From: Sedimentisphaerales bacterium
GTDB lineage: Bacteria; Planctomycetota; Phycisphaerae; Sedimentisphaerales; SM23-30
DNA: 64,000 bases
Assembly (NCBI GenBank): GCA_963663805.2
Contig: CAXXMR010000002.1
Location: 32,001 to 96,000 of the forward strand
Reading direction: 5' to 3'
In this document: positions 53,661 through 64,000 of the stretch, piece after piece
Numbering within the stretch: the first letter of the stretch is position 1
Layout: each line of letters opens with the position of its first letter
The notes under the pieces: model-generated
Databases searched by the model: none
What the model saw: the letters and a program-made list of their open reading frames with translations, nothing else
Told to the model about the DNA's origin: nothing
Made by a program: the position numbers and the translations under genes

Positions 53661-55186
53661 GAGACTGTAGCATAGATACCGGCATTTTTAATGAGATTTT
53701 CGCAAATTAGCCGATAAAACTCCTGGAAGAACAGACCAGTGGAATTTTCCAGGAGAGACGATTATGGCTGGGCCAGGCGAATACGTATCCGATATAACCG
53801 AAGGTATTACTGGTGTTGAAGATTTACCGAAAGCAAAAATCAAACGGCGTTCACGCACCTACAAAAAGCGTCCTTGCCCCCATTGCGGCCACTCGTCGTA
53901 TCGAGACAAAGTCTTCAGGCGAAAACTGCATGACCTCGGAGACCTGGCTGCCAACCGTCCCATCGAGATTTGGGTCAGCTATTCACAGCATCGTTGTTCA
54001 AAATGCAAACGATACTTCAATGCCGACCTCACTGATCTTGCGGACCCCGGCTGTCACTATACCCGTCGGGTTGTTCACCTGGCCGTGCGTTTGGTTGTGG
54101 AGGACGGCCTGCCGTACCGCCCGGCATCATGGCACTTGTGGCGAGACCACAGAGTTTTTGTCCCTTGGGCTACAATTCAAAACTGGGTTGAGGCGACGGG
54201 GAAAAAAAGCTGAGCAACGAATTACAACTGAGTACCTTGATGGTGTTCTGGCTGATTTCTCCGGCTATATTGCAGCGGACGAATTATATGATGGGCCATT
54301 CTGCGTCTTATCCATAGTGGATAACCACACCTTCAAACGGCTCATCTACGAGGTTCTTGACCATAATCCCACTCATGAAGATATAACAAACTTTTCCTTT
54401 CGGTTTCGGACCGAACTGGTACAAAGAACGCTGACATTACGGGGTGTTACGACCGACGGCTCGCCTTTATATCCGGAGCCATTGGCGCTGATATTTCCTG
54501 ACGCTGCTCATCAGGTGTGCGAATTTCATGTCCTCAAGGAGATCAACAGAGAAATACTCAAAGCTGTTACGAAAGTACGACGAGAGCTCAAGGCAAAGTT
54601 GCCCAAGCTGAAACGTGGCCGTCCATCGTCTTCTTCCGCGAAGAAAGCGGCATCACGCAAGAAGAAACAGGAAAAGAAAATTGCCGATCTGTTTGAGCAC
54701 AGATATTTATTTGTACAACATTCATTGAGTTCGAAGGATAAGAAGAAGTTTTTGCATATAACCAGAGGCTTGCCAAACCTGAGAAATTTACGCTCGATCA
54801 TGGATCAGGTTTATCGTCTTTTTGACCGTCGTTGTCGAACGGAAACGGCATTGGAAAAGTTGGCTGTGTTACGCCGGCGAATTGGGCGATTCAAAACCTT
54901 GCGACAGACTCTTAAGAAATTGTTCACCCCCAATATCGAAAAGGCGTTGACCTTCCTTGATGATTCACAACTGCCGTCAACGTCCAACGCGGTTGAACGG
55001 GGCTATCGCCGCCATCGAAAAATGCAGAAGAGTGTCTATCGAGTGCGAACTCAAACCAATATCAGCCAGCGGGTGGCTATTGATATGCAGCGTGACGAGC
55101 AGTCCCAAGGCCGTTTACGAACTACAACAACACTTCATGAAGAAAGGACTGGAATGCTATGTTGCCGGTAAAGATGCTACAGAGTC
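53661..55186 (+). mobile_element. Insertion sequence, ISL3-like
   Basis: Imperfect 24-bp TIRs gagactgtagcatagataccggca / tgccggtaaagatgctacagagtc; T-rich near-duplicated flanks gtttttta / gttttttta. Confidence 0.85.
53764..55171 (+). CDS. Transposase split into two frames (zinc-finger/HTH 53764-54213; DDE domain to 55171)
   Basis: CPHCG..LHDL..RCSKC zinc finger; ADELYD, TTDGS, TSNAVE; frame junction at ggggaaaaaaag near 54198-54209. Confidence 0.8.
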
Positions 55187-55264
55187 GTTTTTTTAGAGTT
55201 TTTTATACGAAGATTATCGTATTACTGACACCCCTTGATAATTCCCCTCGGAACCCCCTGCATA

Positions 55265-55388
55265 GCGGGCACGTTTGTATTCAGCGAGAATGCCCTGCAA
55301 AGCGGCCACATCCACACCGGGAAAATCGTCAGGATGCAAAGTAAAACCATCAATCATCCCTTCGGCCAGAGCCGCAATATCATTTTTC
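55265..55388 (-). pseudogene. Inverted 5' fragment of the FN3 gene at 13667-13790
   Basis: Reverse complement aligns with ggaaaatgatattgcggctctggc...ctgaatacaa. Confidence 0.85.
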
Positions 55389-55624
55389 CCTTTTTTCTTA
55401 TGTTTGGTAAGGGATTATAGTTGGGGGTGGGGATGAAATTAAGGTGGAGCTTCGGAAAGTCTCTGTCGTGGCGAGTTTTTACTGGTTATGGGGTGGGAAA
55501 TACGGTATCATAAATAGGCAGAGAGAGTGATTGCCCATTTCGGGCGGTTGATTATTGACGAGGCTGGTAAAACATTATGTTTTCCGGCAGGGTAGAGAGA
55601 TAGGCAACTAAAGGGAGAATCGTC

Positions 55625-56743
55625 ATGGAGAGATTCTGTAATTATTTATTGGTGATGGTGTTATGTGCGTTTCTGGCAGGTTCAACCTGGGGTGCGACCG
55701 TTGGTACGATCGATCCTAGCGTTTCGGCGGTGGGAACTTTTGTGGGTACAGCGGGTTGGACGTGGTGGCAGGGTGAGCCAGGGCAGGCAGGTTCGGTTCA
55801 GTGGAATTGTAATCCGGGCGGCTCGACTTACGCAATGCAGGTTGAGGCCTTGAGCGGGAGTGGAATTTTAACGGTTCCGGCTGAGCCGACGATACCGGCG
55901 GTTGTGGGCGGGCCGGTGGTTACTCCGGAAGACCTGCCGTGGTCGCGAAAATTTAGTGAATCGCCGGCAGGTTGGGCGTTGCCTGATACAAATGTTTGGG
56001 ACACGGTTGAGAAATGGGTAGGCGAGTATGACGCCCCGTGGTGCAGCGGTTATGCCAGTGGGCAGGCAGAGGTACATGAGACGGGCTGGGCTATGCAGGC
56101 GATGATGTCAACCAAGGCTTATGCTGGGGTTGGTCAGCCTTTGACGAGTTCCTATGCGGCAGCTTATGACCCCTGGACTTTGCATGATTTCGCTCCGCTT
56201 TCTGCCGGTGTAGAAATGGCGATGGCAACTAGCGACGGTGATAGCGTGGATGGTGGATTGACATTACAGATGCCGATTAGCATGTATAGTGTTTTGGGCG
56301 CGAGCGGTAGTGAGGCAGGCCATGAGGCCATGAGTGAGCTTCTGATACATTCGGAAATAGACGGGCATTTGCTGGTAGATATCGCAGTAAAAGTTATAAG
56401 TGTGGATGGGGTGAACAGTATTTTGCCAGCGACGGTGAGTGTGGGTGAGGGCGTAGAGTTAATTTTTATGGGGGGTGTGGTGACGCCGGAACAGTTGGCG
56501 GGCTTATTGTCATCGTTTATTTATGATCCGGTCCAGGGAGCATGGCAGATGAATTCTGGTATTGTTGTTGAATATGAACTGCCTTATGATATTGATTATT
56601 ATGTTCAGGGCGGGGCGTTGGACGCGAAGTTTAATATTTCGTGTAACAGTTACGCGGCGGTTCCGGAGCCGATTAGTTTGGTGCTGTTGTGCGGGGGTAT
56701 GGTGATGTTGAGGAGAGCTCGCCATAACTGCTCGGAAGTATAG
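55625..56743 (+). CDS. PEP-CTERM sorting-domain protein
   Basis: Signal peptide; AVPEPISLVLLCGGMVMLRRAR. Confidence 0.9.
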   Translation: MERFCNYLLVMVLCAFLAGSTWGATVGTIDPSVSAVGTFVGTAGWTWWQGEPGQAGSVQWNCNPGGSTYAMQVEALSGSGILTVPAEPTIPAVVGGPVVTPEDLPWSRKFSESPAGWALPDTNVWDTVEKWVGEYDAPWCSGYASGQAEVHETGWAMQAMMSTKAYAGVGQPLTSSYAAAYDPWTLHDFAPLSAGVEMAMATSDGDSVDGGLTLQMPISMYSVLGASGSEAGHEAMSELLIHSEIDGHLLVDIAVKVISVDGVNSILPATVSVGEGVELIFMGGVVTPEQLAGLLSSFIYDPVQGAWQMNSGIVVEYELPYDIDYYVQGGALDAKFNISCNSYAAVPEPISLVLLCGGMVMLRRARHNCSEV

Positions 56744-56796
56744 TGTTTCCATCCCTTTTTGAAAGTGGACAACAATTCAACCGGCGGATTCAATTT

Positions 56797-58992
56797 TTAT
56801 TCCGCTAGACGCGCTCGCCAGGGGGATTGCTCGTCGGACGTGGTTTTTAGTAATACTTCGATGGCGTGGTTAGCTTCATCATCCTGCCCACAGCGGCGGA
56901 GGCACTGGATGCCGTAAAAGCGTGCTTCCCACCAGTAATATTTGCTCTGTGGTTCGCCGTCATTATCGACGGCCTTACGAATGGTGTACCATAATTTCCG
57001 TGATGATTCGTAATCACCAGTTGCGAAGGCGAGTTGGGCTTTGACCCGGATTTGCCAGAGTGTGTTTTCGCTGGGGAATTTATCTAATAATGACTGAGCA
57101 GCGGTGATTAGTTCTTCCCGCGGGTCGGCAAGAGCCGCGAGTGCGATAATTTCCAATGACCACTTATCCTGCATTTTCCGGGCGACCGGCAGGGCGGCTC
57201 GCAGCAGCGGCGCGAGTTTGTCATCGTCTTTGCTATGAAGTTCTAAAATTTCCTGACGGATTGCGGCAAGTAATGTTTTGGGGATATTACTGCCGCCTTG
57301 ATTGAGATATTCGGTAAGTTCGCTAAGGGATCTGGGATAGTCCTGAGCGGTTTGGCAGGCACGGAATTTTAGGTGAAATATTATCTCGCGTTGGTTTTTC
57401 GGCAGGTTATTGAATGGTTTAAGGATGTTGAGGCATTGTTGTGGGCGGGGCGGGGTTTCGTTGAGATATATTTCGGCGAGTTTTACGGCGGCGTAAAGTG
57501 CTGTCTGGTTATCTTTTTGTTGGGCGATGGTTTCCAGTTCGCTCGGGGCTTGCTGGTATAGTTCGGGGGTTTCCAGGGCTGAAAGGGCGGCGTAGTATTT
57601 TGCTTGGGGGTAGTTGGTGTCATCAGTTCTGGCCTGGAGGAATTGTTCGCGGGCGGCGGGGTGGTTATTGAGTTGGCGTAATATCTGGCCGTAATAGTAA
57701 CGCTGTTTGTCAACGGCGGGTGAGGGGGCATGGCGGACGCTGAAAAGGGCGAAGGTTTTCTGGGCGAGGCCCGCGTATTTTTCGTTGTCGATGGTGAAGA
57801 GTTGATAAGCGACTTTGGCGGCGGTCTCCAGAATGAATTCTTCGGTGTCGGGTTTATTCTCGGCGAGCTTGAGCCAGGTTGATACCGCCTGGGCCAGGTC
57901 GTCGGGGTTATTATTCTGATGGCCTAGCTGGTAGAAGGCGCGGCCGAGATTGTAAAGCGTGGGGTTATAATTGGGGTGGTCTCTCAGGTGGGTGCGGATA
58001 AATTCCTGATAGATGTCGATGAGGGCGGTGTGGTTTTTCTGTTCGGTGTAGAGTTGGGCGAGAATCTCGGTTTCGATGTCGTCGAGAGGGCGGGGTAGTT
58101 TTTCGATAGAACCGAAATTTTTGAGGGCGGCGGCGAGGATTTGGCCTAGCCAGTTGTCTATAATGGCGCGGGCATCTTTGTTGCGGCTGCGTAATTGTTT
58201 GCAGGGGATAAGTTGGGAAGGTGAGGGCAGGAATTCGGTAGTTTTGTGATTGGTTGCGGTTAGGTTTCTCAGGATTAAGATACGTAATGGCCAGAGGCCG
58301 GTGGAGTTGGTAAGGGATTTTTCGAGGTTGTCGAGCTCGATTTTGTAATCCTGATTGCATTGGAGGCGGCAGAGGATTTTTTCGAGTTTGGTCTGCGGGG
58401 CCAGGGCGGTGTTTTCCAGGGGAGTGAAATATTCTCTTACTTCGGTGAGGCGTTCGGGGTTGTCGGCGGCTATGGTGCGCAGCAGGCGGCCTATGAGAAG
58501 GCGGAGTTCGATGTTTTCGTCGCTGTTCAGTTCGTAAACGCCACGGAGTTCGCGCAGGGTGTCAGCGAGATTTGTTTTTGATGGGTCGGTCGTCAGGCAG
58601 AGGGATTTGGCCCGGATGGTTATCAGGGCCATTTGCAGGGTGCGGGTTGGTTCGTAGAGGGTGCCGAATTTTTCCTGCCAGTTGAGTCCTTCGTAGTTGT
58701 CCATCTGGCTGAGCATTTCATCTATGCTTTGCTGAACGGTGGTCAGGCGAGTCTGGGTGGAATTGAGGGTGCGGGTTAGTTTGTCGGTGTCGGGGGTGAG
58801 GAATAGGGTTTGCTCGAATTTGATTTGCCACCAGAGCAGTTCGGCCTGAGCGGTCAGGGAGTCCAGTTGGGTTAGTTCCTGGCGGAGTTGCTCGATTTGT
58901 TTGCTGGTGATTTCCTGGGCGCTGGTTGGGGGTGATAGGATTGTTAGCAGGATGAGGATTGATAATAATAATTGGATGGTTATGGTTTTCAT
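56797..58992 (-). CDS. Secreted TPR-like alpha-helical protein
   Basis: Signal peptide from ATG 58992; TLYNLGRAFYQLG, RYYYGQIL, WWEARFY motifs. Confidence 0.7.
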   Translation of the reverse strand: MKTITIQLLLSILILLTILSPPTSAQEITSKQIEQLRQELTQLDSLTAQAELLWWQIKFEQTLFLTPDTDKLTRTLNSTQTRLTTVQQSIDEMLSQMDNYEGLNWQEKFGTLYEPTRTLQMALITIRAKSLCLTTDPSKTNLADTLRELRGVYELNSDENIELRLLIGRLLRTIAADNPERLTEVREYFTPLENTALAPQTKLEKILCRLQCNQDYKIELDNLEKSLTNSTGLWPLRILILRNLTATNHKTTEFLPSPSQLIPCKQLRSRNKDARAIIDNWLGQILAAALKNFGSIEKLPRPLDDIETEILAQLYTEQKNHTALIDIYQEFIRTHLRDHPNYNPTLYNLGRAFYQLGHQNNNPDDLAQAVSTWLKLAENKPDTEEFILETAAKVAYQLFTIDNEKYAGLAQKTFALFSVRHAPSPAVDKQRYYYGQILRQLNNHPAAREQFLQARTDDTNYPQAKYYAALSALETPELYQQAPSELETIAQQKDNQTALYAAVKLAEIYLNETPPRPQQCLNILKPFNNLPKNQREIIFHLKFRACQTAQDYPRSLSELTEYLNQGGSNIPKTLLAAIRQEILELHSKDDDKLAPLLRAALPVARKMQDKWSLEIIALAALADPREELITAAQSLLDKFPSENTLWQIRVKAQLAFATGDYESSRKLWYTIRKAVDNDGEPQSKYYWWEARFYGIQCLRRCGQDDEANHAIEVLLKTTSDEQSPWRARLAE

Positions 58993-59125
58993 TATAATAA
59001 TAAGGTTTTTGTGTTCGATCCGGCCGCTTACGCGGCTCGGGTTTTGTTTGGGCAACTGGCCTTACGTCCTCGGCTAAGTACTCTTACAGCCCTTTCTGGG
59101 TCTGACAGGGAAGCTACGTTATAAT

Positions 59126-59596
59126 TTAGTCAGCGCGGGCGAAGATTATGTTGTTCAGGCCTGCCTGCCAAAGGGCGTCGTAGGCTTTTACTACGTAGTC
59201 CCAGTTGGTTTGGGCGGTTGGTGCTAATTTGACGGGGTCGCTGAGGCGGCGACCTTCTTTATGTAAAACATCTTGTACGGTTCGGCTGAGCAGGTTGAAC
59301 TGGTCATGGCTGAGCAGGAGTTTTTCGCTGCCGACGCGGACCTGGCAGAGTGAGCCCTGCGGCTGGATGATGACTGCCAGTGGTTCGATCTCGCTGATGG
59401 TTTCAGCGGTGTTTTGTTGGGGCAGCTCGGCGGGCAGGAAGCCTTCCTTACTGCGAAAGTTGGCGGTGAGTAAAAAGAAGATGAGCAGCAGGAAGACCAC
59501 GTCTATCATGGGGACCATGCGCAGTTGGGGTTTGCCGCTTTGACGGCGGAGGATTTTGAGCGGGTAGAAGCCGTGATGTTCGGTGCGTTTGCTCAT
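59126..59596 (-). CDS. exbD: ExbD/TolR family protein
   Basis: MVPMIDVVFLLLIFFLL; start at ATG 59596 overlapping the upstream stop. Confidence 0.9.
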   Translation of the reverse strand: MSKRTEHHGFYPLKILRRQSGKPQLRMVPMIDVVFLLLIFFLLTANFRSKEGFLPAELPQQNTAETISEIEPLAVIIQPQGSLCQVRVGSEKLLLSHDQFNLLSRTVQDVLHKEGRRLSDPVKLAPTAQTNWDYVVKAYDALWQAGLNNIIFARAD

Positions 59597-60090
59597 GGTG
59601 TTACCTCGCCGGGGTTGGTGGGGGTGTCTTGTTCGGTGCGGTAGGCGGCAAGTTGTACTCGTTGTACGCCAGCGCGGGCGAGGGCTTCCAGAGCGGTCTG
59701 GACCTCGATGTAGCCCAGGTCGGCGTGGGCACGCAGGTGGACGACGGCTTGTTTTTTGCGGGCGGTTTCGCTGCGGATTTCGTTGGCGAGGTCGGTGACG
59801 ATCTGTTGGTGTTCGGTCTGGGTGAAGGTTCGACCGCGTACGGCGTAGGTGAGCTGGTTTTCTTTGGCGTCCCGGAATACGGAGACGGTGACGGCGTTTT
59901 CGTCGGGGGTGTCGGGCACGAGAGCAGCGGGGCAGGCATCGGGCAGGATAAGTTGGTAATTTTCTCTGGTGATGAACTGGCAGACTAGCATGAAGAAGAT
60001 TATGAGCAGAAAGACAATGTCTATCATCGCGGTCATGTTGAACTGTGTGTCGCGGTCGGTGCTGGATAGTATCGATTTTCTTAGTGACAT
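59593..60090 (-). CDS. exbD: ExbD/TolR family protein
   Basis: NMTAMIDIVFLLIIFFML; VHLRAH. Confidence 0.9.
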   Translation of the reverse strand: MSLRKSILSSTDRDTQFNMTAMIDIVFLLIIFFMLVCQFITRENYQLILPDACPAALVPDTPDENAVTVSVFRDAKENQLTYAVRGRTFTQTEHQQIVTDLANEIRSETARKKQAVVHLRAHADLGYIEVQTALEALARAGVQRVQLAAYRTEQDTPTNPGEVTP

Positions 60091-60188
60091 TATTTTTCTT
60101 AAGCTCTAAATCCCAAGTTCTAAATTCTAAACAATATCTAAACGAAAAAAAATCAAACTTCAAACTTCAAACAACATCAGCGACATGG

Positions 60189-60947
60189 TTATGCTTGTTC
60201 ATCTTCTGGTTTTATTTTGGTGCCGGAGCGGGTCTGGATGATGTGGGTGGTGGGGGTGGCGACGCTGGAGAGTAGTTCTTCGGCGATGACGGCTGCTTCG
60301 GATGAGATGGAGTCGATGCGGTTGCGGAGGAAACCGAAGGCGGCCAGGGCGGGGATGGCGACGATGAGGCCCCACCAGGTTGTTACCAGAGCGACGGATA
60401 TTCCACCTGCCAGTTCGCTGGGTTCGGGTTGGCCGCCTGCTCGTACGATTTCGTTGAAGGCGTCGATCATGCCCCAGACGGTTCCGAAGAGGCCTATCAT
60501 GGGTGCGACGTTGCCGATGATGTTTAGCCATTCGATTTTGCGGAGCAGGTCGGCGGTGTCCTGTTCGAGCATTTCGGCCATTGAATATTCCATGGCTGAG
60601 CGTCCGTTGCGTGCTTCGCGCAGGCCGGCGTAGAGTACGCGGGAAAGGAAACTGTCTTCCTCCTTGAGGAATTCGAGCAGTGATTTTACGCGTGAGTCGG
60701 CAACTGATTCGCGGGCATGGGCGGCGACGCTGTTGGGCAGGAGTCGGCTGCGACGAATGAGCAGGCACGACTGGACGATTTGTTTGATGGTCAGTATCGA
60801 CAGCGGCAGCAGTACGCACCAGACGAGATAGCCACCGGCGATGAGGAAGTCGCCAACACGACTGCCGCTTTGCTGCTGGGCGAGCAGGTCGCTGGTGAAG
60901 ACTGTTAGAAATATGGCTGCTAGTGTCATAATTGTTAGATGTCTCAT
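60189..60947 (-). CDS. exbB: MotA/TolQ/ExbB proton channel protein
   Basis: APMIGLFGTVWGMI, GISVALVTT..GLIVAIPA. Confidence 0.92.
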   Translation of the reverse strand: MRHLTIMTLAAIFLTVFTSDLLAQQQSGSRVGDFLIAGGYLVWCVLLPLSILTIKQIVQSCLLIRRSRLLPNSVAAHARESVADSRVKSLLEFLKEEDSFLSRVLYAGLREARNGRSAMEYSMAEMLEQDTADLLRKIEWLNIIGNVAPMIGLFGTVWGMIDAFNEIVRAGGQPEPSELAGGISVALVTTWWGLIVAIPALAAFGFLRNRIDSISSEAAVIAEELLSSVATPTTHIIQTRSGTKIKPEDEQA

Positions 60948-60959
60948 TTTTCTTACCTG

Positions 60960-61925
60960 TTATTGTTGAGAGCGGGTTGGGGGTTGGGCCATTTCTTCGT
61001 CGCTTACGAATTCGAAAGTTCCGTTATAGGTTTGGGCGATCTGGCGTAGGAATTCTTCGTTGTCGCGATTGCCGCAGGCGATAACATTAACGATGGCTGG
61101 TTTGGCTCGCTGGTTCTGGAGTTGGGCCAGTGAGTTGGCGATAATCTGCTGTTCATACTGGCCGTCGGTGAGCAGGTAGATAAGGTCGGCGGTTTGGCCG
61201 TCCCTGCTTTGGGCGGTAAGGGCGGCGGTTAGTGCGTTTGCCACGGCCTGGGCGGCGGATTGGGAATCGGTGACGGTGCGGAGTTTGGCGTTTCGTACGA
61301 AATCGTGGGCTTGCAGGCGGTTGGCGGAACCGGCTCTGATAAGTTTGCCGGGTTCAAGCTCGATTGGTTCACCGGCGGCATAAAAAATTACGGTGAAAAA
61401 TTTGTCAGCACCGAGCAGTCCGATCGAACGCAGCAGTTCAGAGCGGACATAATCGAATGCCATTATCATGCTGCCGGAACAATCGACTACGTAAGCGATG
61501 CAGCTGCCGGAAGCGGAGATGTTACAGAAACTTCCTACGGTTAAGGAGGCGATGGAGGTGGTGGTGCCTGCTGAGGCAGTGCCGGGTCCGGTGGCGGCGA
61601 TGACGGCGTCGGTGGCGGGCAGATTGGGCAGGTCGGCTAGCGTGTCGGGGGTAGTCGGTTGGGGTTCTTGCAGAGTTGGTGGTTCGGGGGGGGCTTCGAC
61701 CTGGAGATTTTCGACGAAGGTTTCGACTTCGAGCGGGTTGGATTCTTTGGCGAGGGAGCTGGTCGGTACCTCACGTTCGGGCGAGGGGGTTTCCACGGCG
61801 CGAAGCGACAGGGCAGCCAGGAGTGCTATTATAATAAGGTGTACGGCGACGGAGACTGCCCAACCGGAGTAGGAGGCGGACCATTTGCGGATACCCTTTG
61901 TGTTATGTCCCATTGCCTCTGCCAT
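60960..61925 (-). CDS. Membrane-anchored vWA-domain protein with Pro-rich linker
   Basis: SVAVH TM anchor (TonB/TolA-like), Pro-rich linker, VVDCSGSM MIDAS, LLTDG; start probably ATG 61925. Confidence 0.8.
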   Translation of the reverse strand: MAEAMGHNTKGIRKWSASYSGWAVSVAVHLIIIALLAALSLRAVETPSPEREVPTSSLAKESNPLEVETFVENLQVEAPPEPPTLQEPQPTTPDTLADLPNLPATDAVIAATGPGTASAGTTTSIASLTVGSFCNISASGSCIAYVVDCSGSMIMAFDYVRSELLRSIGLLGADKFFTVIFYAAGEPIELEPGKLIRAGSANRLQAHDFVRNAKLRTVTDSQSAAQAVANALTAALTAQSRDGQTADLIYLLTDGQYEQQIIANSLAQLQNQRAKPAIVNVIACGNRDNEEFLRQIAQTYNGTFEFVSDEEMAQPPTRSQQ

Positions 61926-62099
61926 TTGCTCTTGCCGATTAAACCATTTTGACCAGGTGATATAGTATCGCAGGGGGATGGTTTCGTCAACCGAACGAGT
62001 TTGGAGCAAGGTTATTGCAGGCATTGATTGACCGGGGGCGGTGGGGGTGTTACAATTTGGGTTGGCGGACACATGATTTTTTGATAAGGTATTAATAAC

Positions 62100-62576
62100 A
62101 TGCAGGTTATGGCTAAGGTTGAGCAGGGCGGGGGTAAAACTGAGCGTGGGTCGATGTGGTATCGGTCGGCGGCGGCTCTGGTGGGCGGGGTTTGCCTGAC
62201 TCTGGTTGTGATCGCGTTGAAGGTCGAGCCGGCGGCGGCTGGGTACGGCAGTCATGAGCAGCTTGATTTGCCGCGGTGCGGTTTTCTGGAGCGGACGGGT
62301 TATCCCTGTCCAACCTGCGGAATGACCACGGCGTTTGCTCATGTTGTGCGGGGTCAGTTCGGCAGAGCGATTGCGGCTCAGCCGGTGGGGGCGCTGCTGG
62401 CGGTGATTTGTGTGACGCTTATGGGGGTTAGTTTTCATGCGGCGGTGAGCGGGAAGCGATATAATCTGGCGGGGCTGGTTTTTTATATTAACCGGATAAT
62501 AATCGGCGGGGCGATGATTTTTCTGGCGGGGTGGGGCTGGATGTGTCTGCGGATCTGGCTGAAACATGGAATGTGA
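62100..62576 (+). CDS. DUF2752-like membrane protein
   Basis: HEQLDLPRC..TGYPCPTCGMTTAF; TM helices; start uncertain. Confidence 0.8.
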   Translation: MQVMAKVEQGGGKTERGSMWYRSAAALVGGVCLTLVVIALKVEPAAAGYGSHEQLDLPRCGFLERTGYPCPTCGMTTAFAHVVRGQFGRAIAAQPVGALLAVICVTLMGVSFHAAVSGKRYNLAGLVFYINRIIIGGAMIFLAGWGWMCLRIWLKHGM

Positions 62577-62584
62577 GTGCGAAA

Positions 62585-63217
62585 ATGAAAAAACAATTTG
62601 TGGTTATTCTGGCGGCGATATTGATGCTGAGTGGATGTAACGCTTTGCAGTATCCGGCGTATGTTTTGTTTGGCGGCAGTAAGGTCAAGGTCAAGGCGGA
62701 ATATGAGGGACTCACAGGGCAGAGTACGGCTTTGATGCTGATAAGTCGACCGGGGATTGATTTTGAATTTCCGCTGGCCAAGATCGAGCTTGCTCTGGCG
62801 GCGAATAGTTTGCTGGCGGCGAAAATTGAAGGCTGTACTCTAGTTGACCAGCAGAAGGTGGATGATATTCAGCAGACGAATCTGGACTGGATGAGTATGC
62901 CGTTTTCGCAGTTGGGCGATAAGCTGCAAGCGAATCGGATTGTTTATGTGGATTTGATACAGTTTACTATGAACGAGACTGACGGCAGCGGACTTTTGCG
63001 GGGGCGGCTGGTGGCGGCGGTGAGCGTTTATGAGATTGACGGCAAGTCGCCGGATGGGCCGGTTTATGAAACGGAGATAGCGGTTACTTTACCCAAATAT
63101 GGCCCGACGTTTATGAATAATGGCACGCTGGAGAAATTTTACCGGATGGTCATTGATAAATTTGCTTTAGAGCTGGCTCGGAAATTTTATGACCATAAGG
63201 TCAAAGCTGACGAATAA
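62585..63217 (+). CDS. Lipoprotein of unknown function
   Basis: Lipobox LSGC; paralog of the next gene (shared KFYxH end). Confidence 0.75.
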   Translation: MKKQFVVILAAILMLSGCNALQYPAYVLFGGSKVKVKAEYEGLTGQSTALMLISRPGIDFEFPLAKIELALAANSLLAAKIEGCTLVDQQKVDDIQQTNLDWMSMPFSQLGDKLQANRIVYVDLIQFTMNETDGSGLLRGRLVAAVSVYEIDGKSPDGPVYETEIAVTLPKYGPTFMNNGTLEKFYRMVIDKFALELARKFYDHKVKADE

Positions 63218-63232
63218 TCGGAAAGTTAAATT

Positions 63233-63874
63233 ATGAAGATCAGGAATAGAATTTTAGTATTTGCGATAATGCCGATGCTGTTAATTACGGCAGGGTGCGG
63301 GCCGCTTCTAGGTGGTTTTGTCAATAATGTTATCAAGCCGCTAAGGCCAGCACCGGTTATCGAAGCGGAACATGAGTTTGGCGAGCACAAGGTGTTAATC
63401 TGGACGGATTTGATGCAGGATACGGCTCAGAGCGGTTTGTTTGTGAGAGAGCTGGTAGGAAAAATAAGTGAGATTCTGACTGAGAACAAGGCCGCGGGCG
63501 AGATTGTGAGTGTTGATGAGATACGCTCGTTTAAGCTGACCACGCCGCAATATGCCCGGATGACCATTGAGCAGTTGGGCAAGAAGTTTGAAGCGGATGA
63601 GGTATTGTATATTCTCATAGATGATTACCGGCTGGACCATGAAAACCAGGAGGGATGGTATCAGCCCAAGGTTAGTGTTCACACCAAGGTGCTGGGTGTG
63701 GAAAGCGGTCAGAGAGTTTGGCCTATCGCCGCGGCACAGCGTACTTTGAACCGGGATGAACCAGTGGTTGAAAGTGCCAGTCCCACCATCGCTAATCGTC
63801 TCAACCGGGAGATGGCTGATAGTGTGGCTGAGGAGATCGCGAAATTTTTCTATAAGCATCGTGGTGAGAAGTAG
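63233..63874 (+). CDS. Lipoprotein of unknown function
   Basis: Lipobox TAGC; LGKKFEADEVLY. Confidence 0.75.
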   Translation: MKIRNRILVFAIMPMLLITAGCGPLLGGFVNNVIKPLRPAPVIEAEHEFGEHKVLIWTDLMQDTAQSGLFVRELVGKISEILTENKAAGEIVSVDEIRSFKLTTPQYARMTIEQLGKKFEADEVLYILIDDYRLDHENQEGWYQPKVSVHTKVLGVESGQRVWPIAAAQRTLNRDEPVVESASPTIANRLNREMADSVAEEIAKFFYKHRGEK

Positions 63875-63880
63875 GGCCGG

Positions 63881-64000
63881 ATGTTTATGAGTGAGCAGAC
63901 ATTTGACAAGCTGATAGTACATGACTGGGGGCTGGACGAGCTTTGGCTGAAGTGTTCAGACTGGCAGTTGGATAATGCTCATATTTTTAATCTTGCTGAT
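63881..64000 (+). CDS. Partial CDS running off the window end
   Basis: ATG shortly after the previous stop; frame open to the edge. Confidence 0.4.
   Translation, partial: MFMSEQTFDKLIVHDWGLDELWLKCSDWQLDNAHIFNLAD

Noticed and set aside
59597..60163. N-terminal extension of the 345-aa ORF, and likewise 61926-62567 of the 535-aa ORF
   Set aside because: Shadow frames overlapping the real exbD and DUF2752 genes
60100..60175. Degenerate 7-bp-like repeats (ctaaat/caaactt) between exbB and exbD
   Set aside because: Too short and degenerate to assign a function

Overview
Bacterial chromosomal window, probably from an anaerobic Planctomycetota member (Phycisphaerae/Sedimentisphaerales-like). This assignment is inferred from the prepilin/H-X9-DG protein, PEP-CTERM proteins, dockerin-like tails and GLUG proteins. 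Contents: an MFP/M50-peptidase export module (1-3.5 kb); an accessory region (3.6-14.5 kb); a housekeeping block (rpmE, prfA, TrmH-family methyltransferase, rodA/ftsW, trpG/pabA, mqnE-like radical SAM, ABC + P1B-ATPase + three SPFH genes, thiS-thiG-dinG); a sigma54-driven nifH-nifI1-nifI2-nifD-nifK-ferredoxin cluster with no nifENB in view; a 2292-aa internally duplicated GLUG-repeat protein; an ISL3-like element; and an ExbB/ExbD/vWA/TPR cluster. The accessory region holds a 10/20-bp phased repeat and a three-unit tandem array of [structured element A - structured element B - PEP-CTERM gene - RCC1-repeat gene]. The best novelty candidate is a six-copy, ~110-125 nt structured RNA-like element with clear compensatory base changes, arranged in pairs upstream of each PEP-CTERM/RCC1 cassette. 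Apparent GC-skew reversal and inverted gene-fragment duplications also suggest a ~42 kb inversion.
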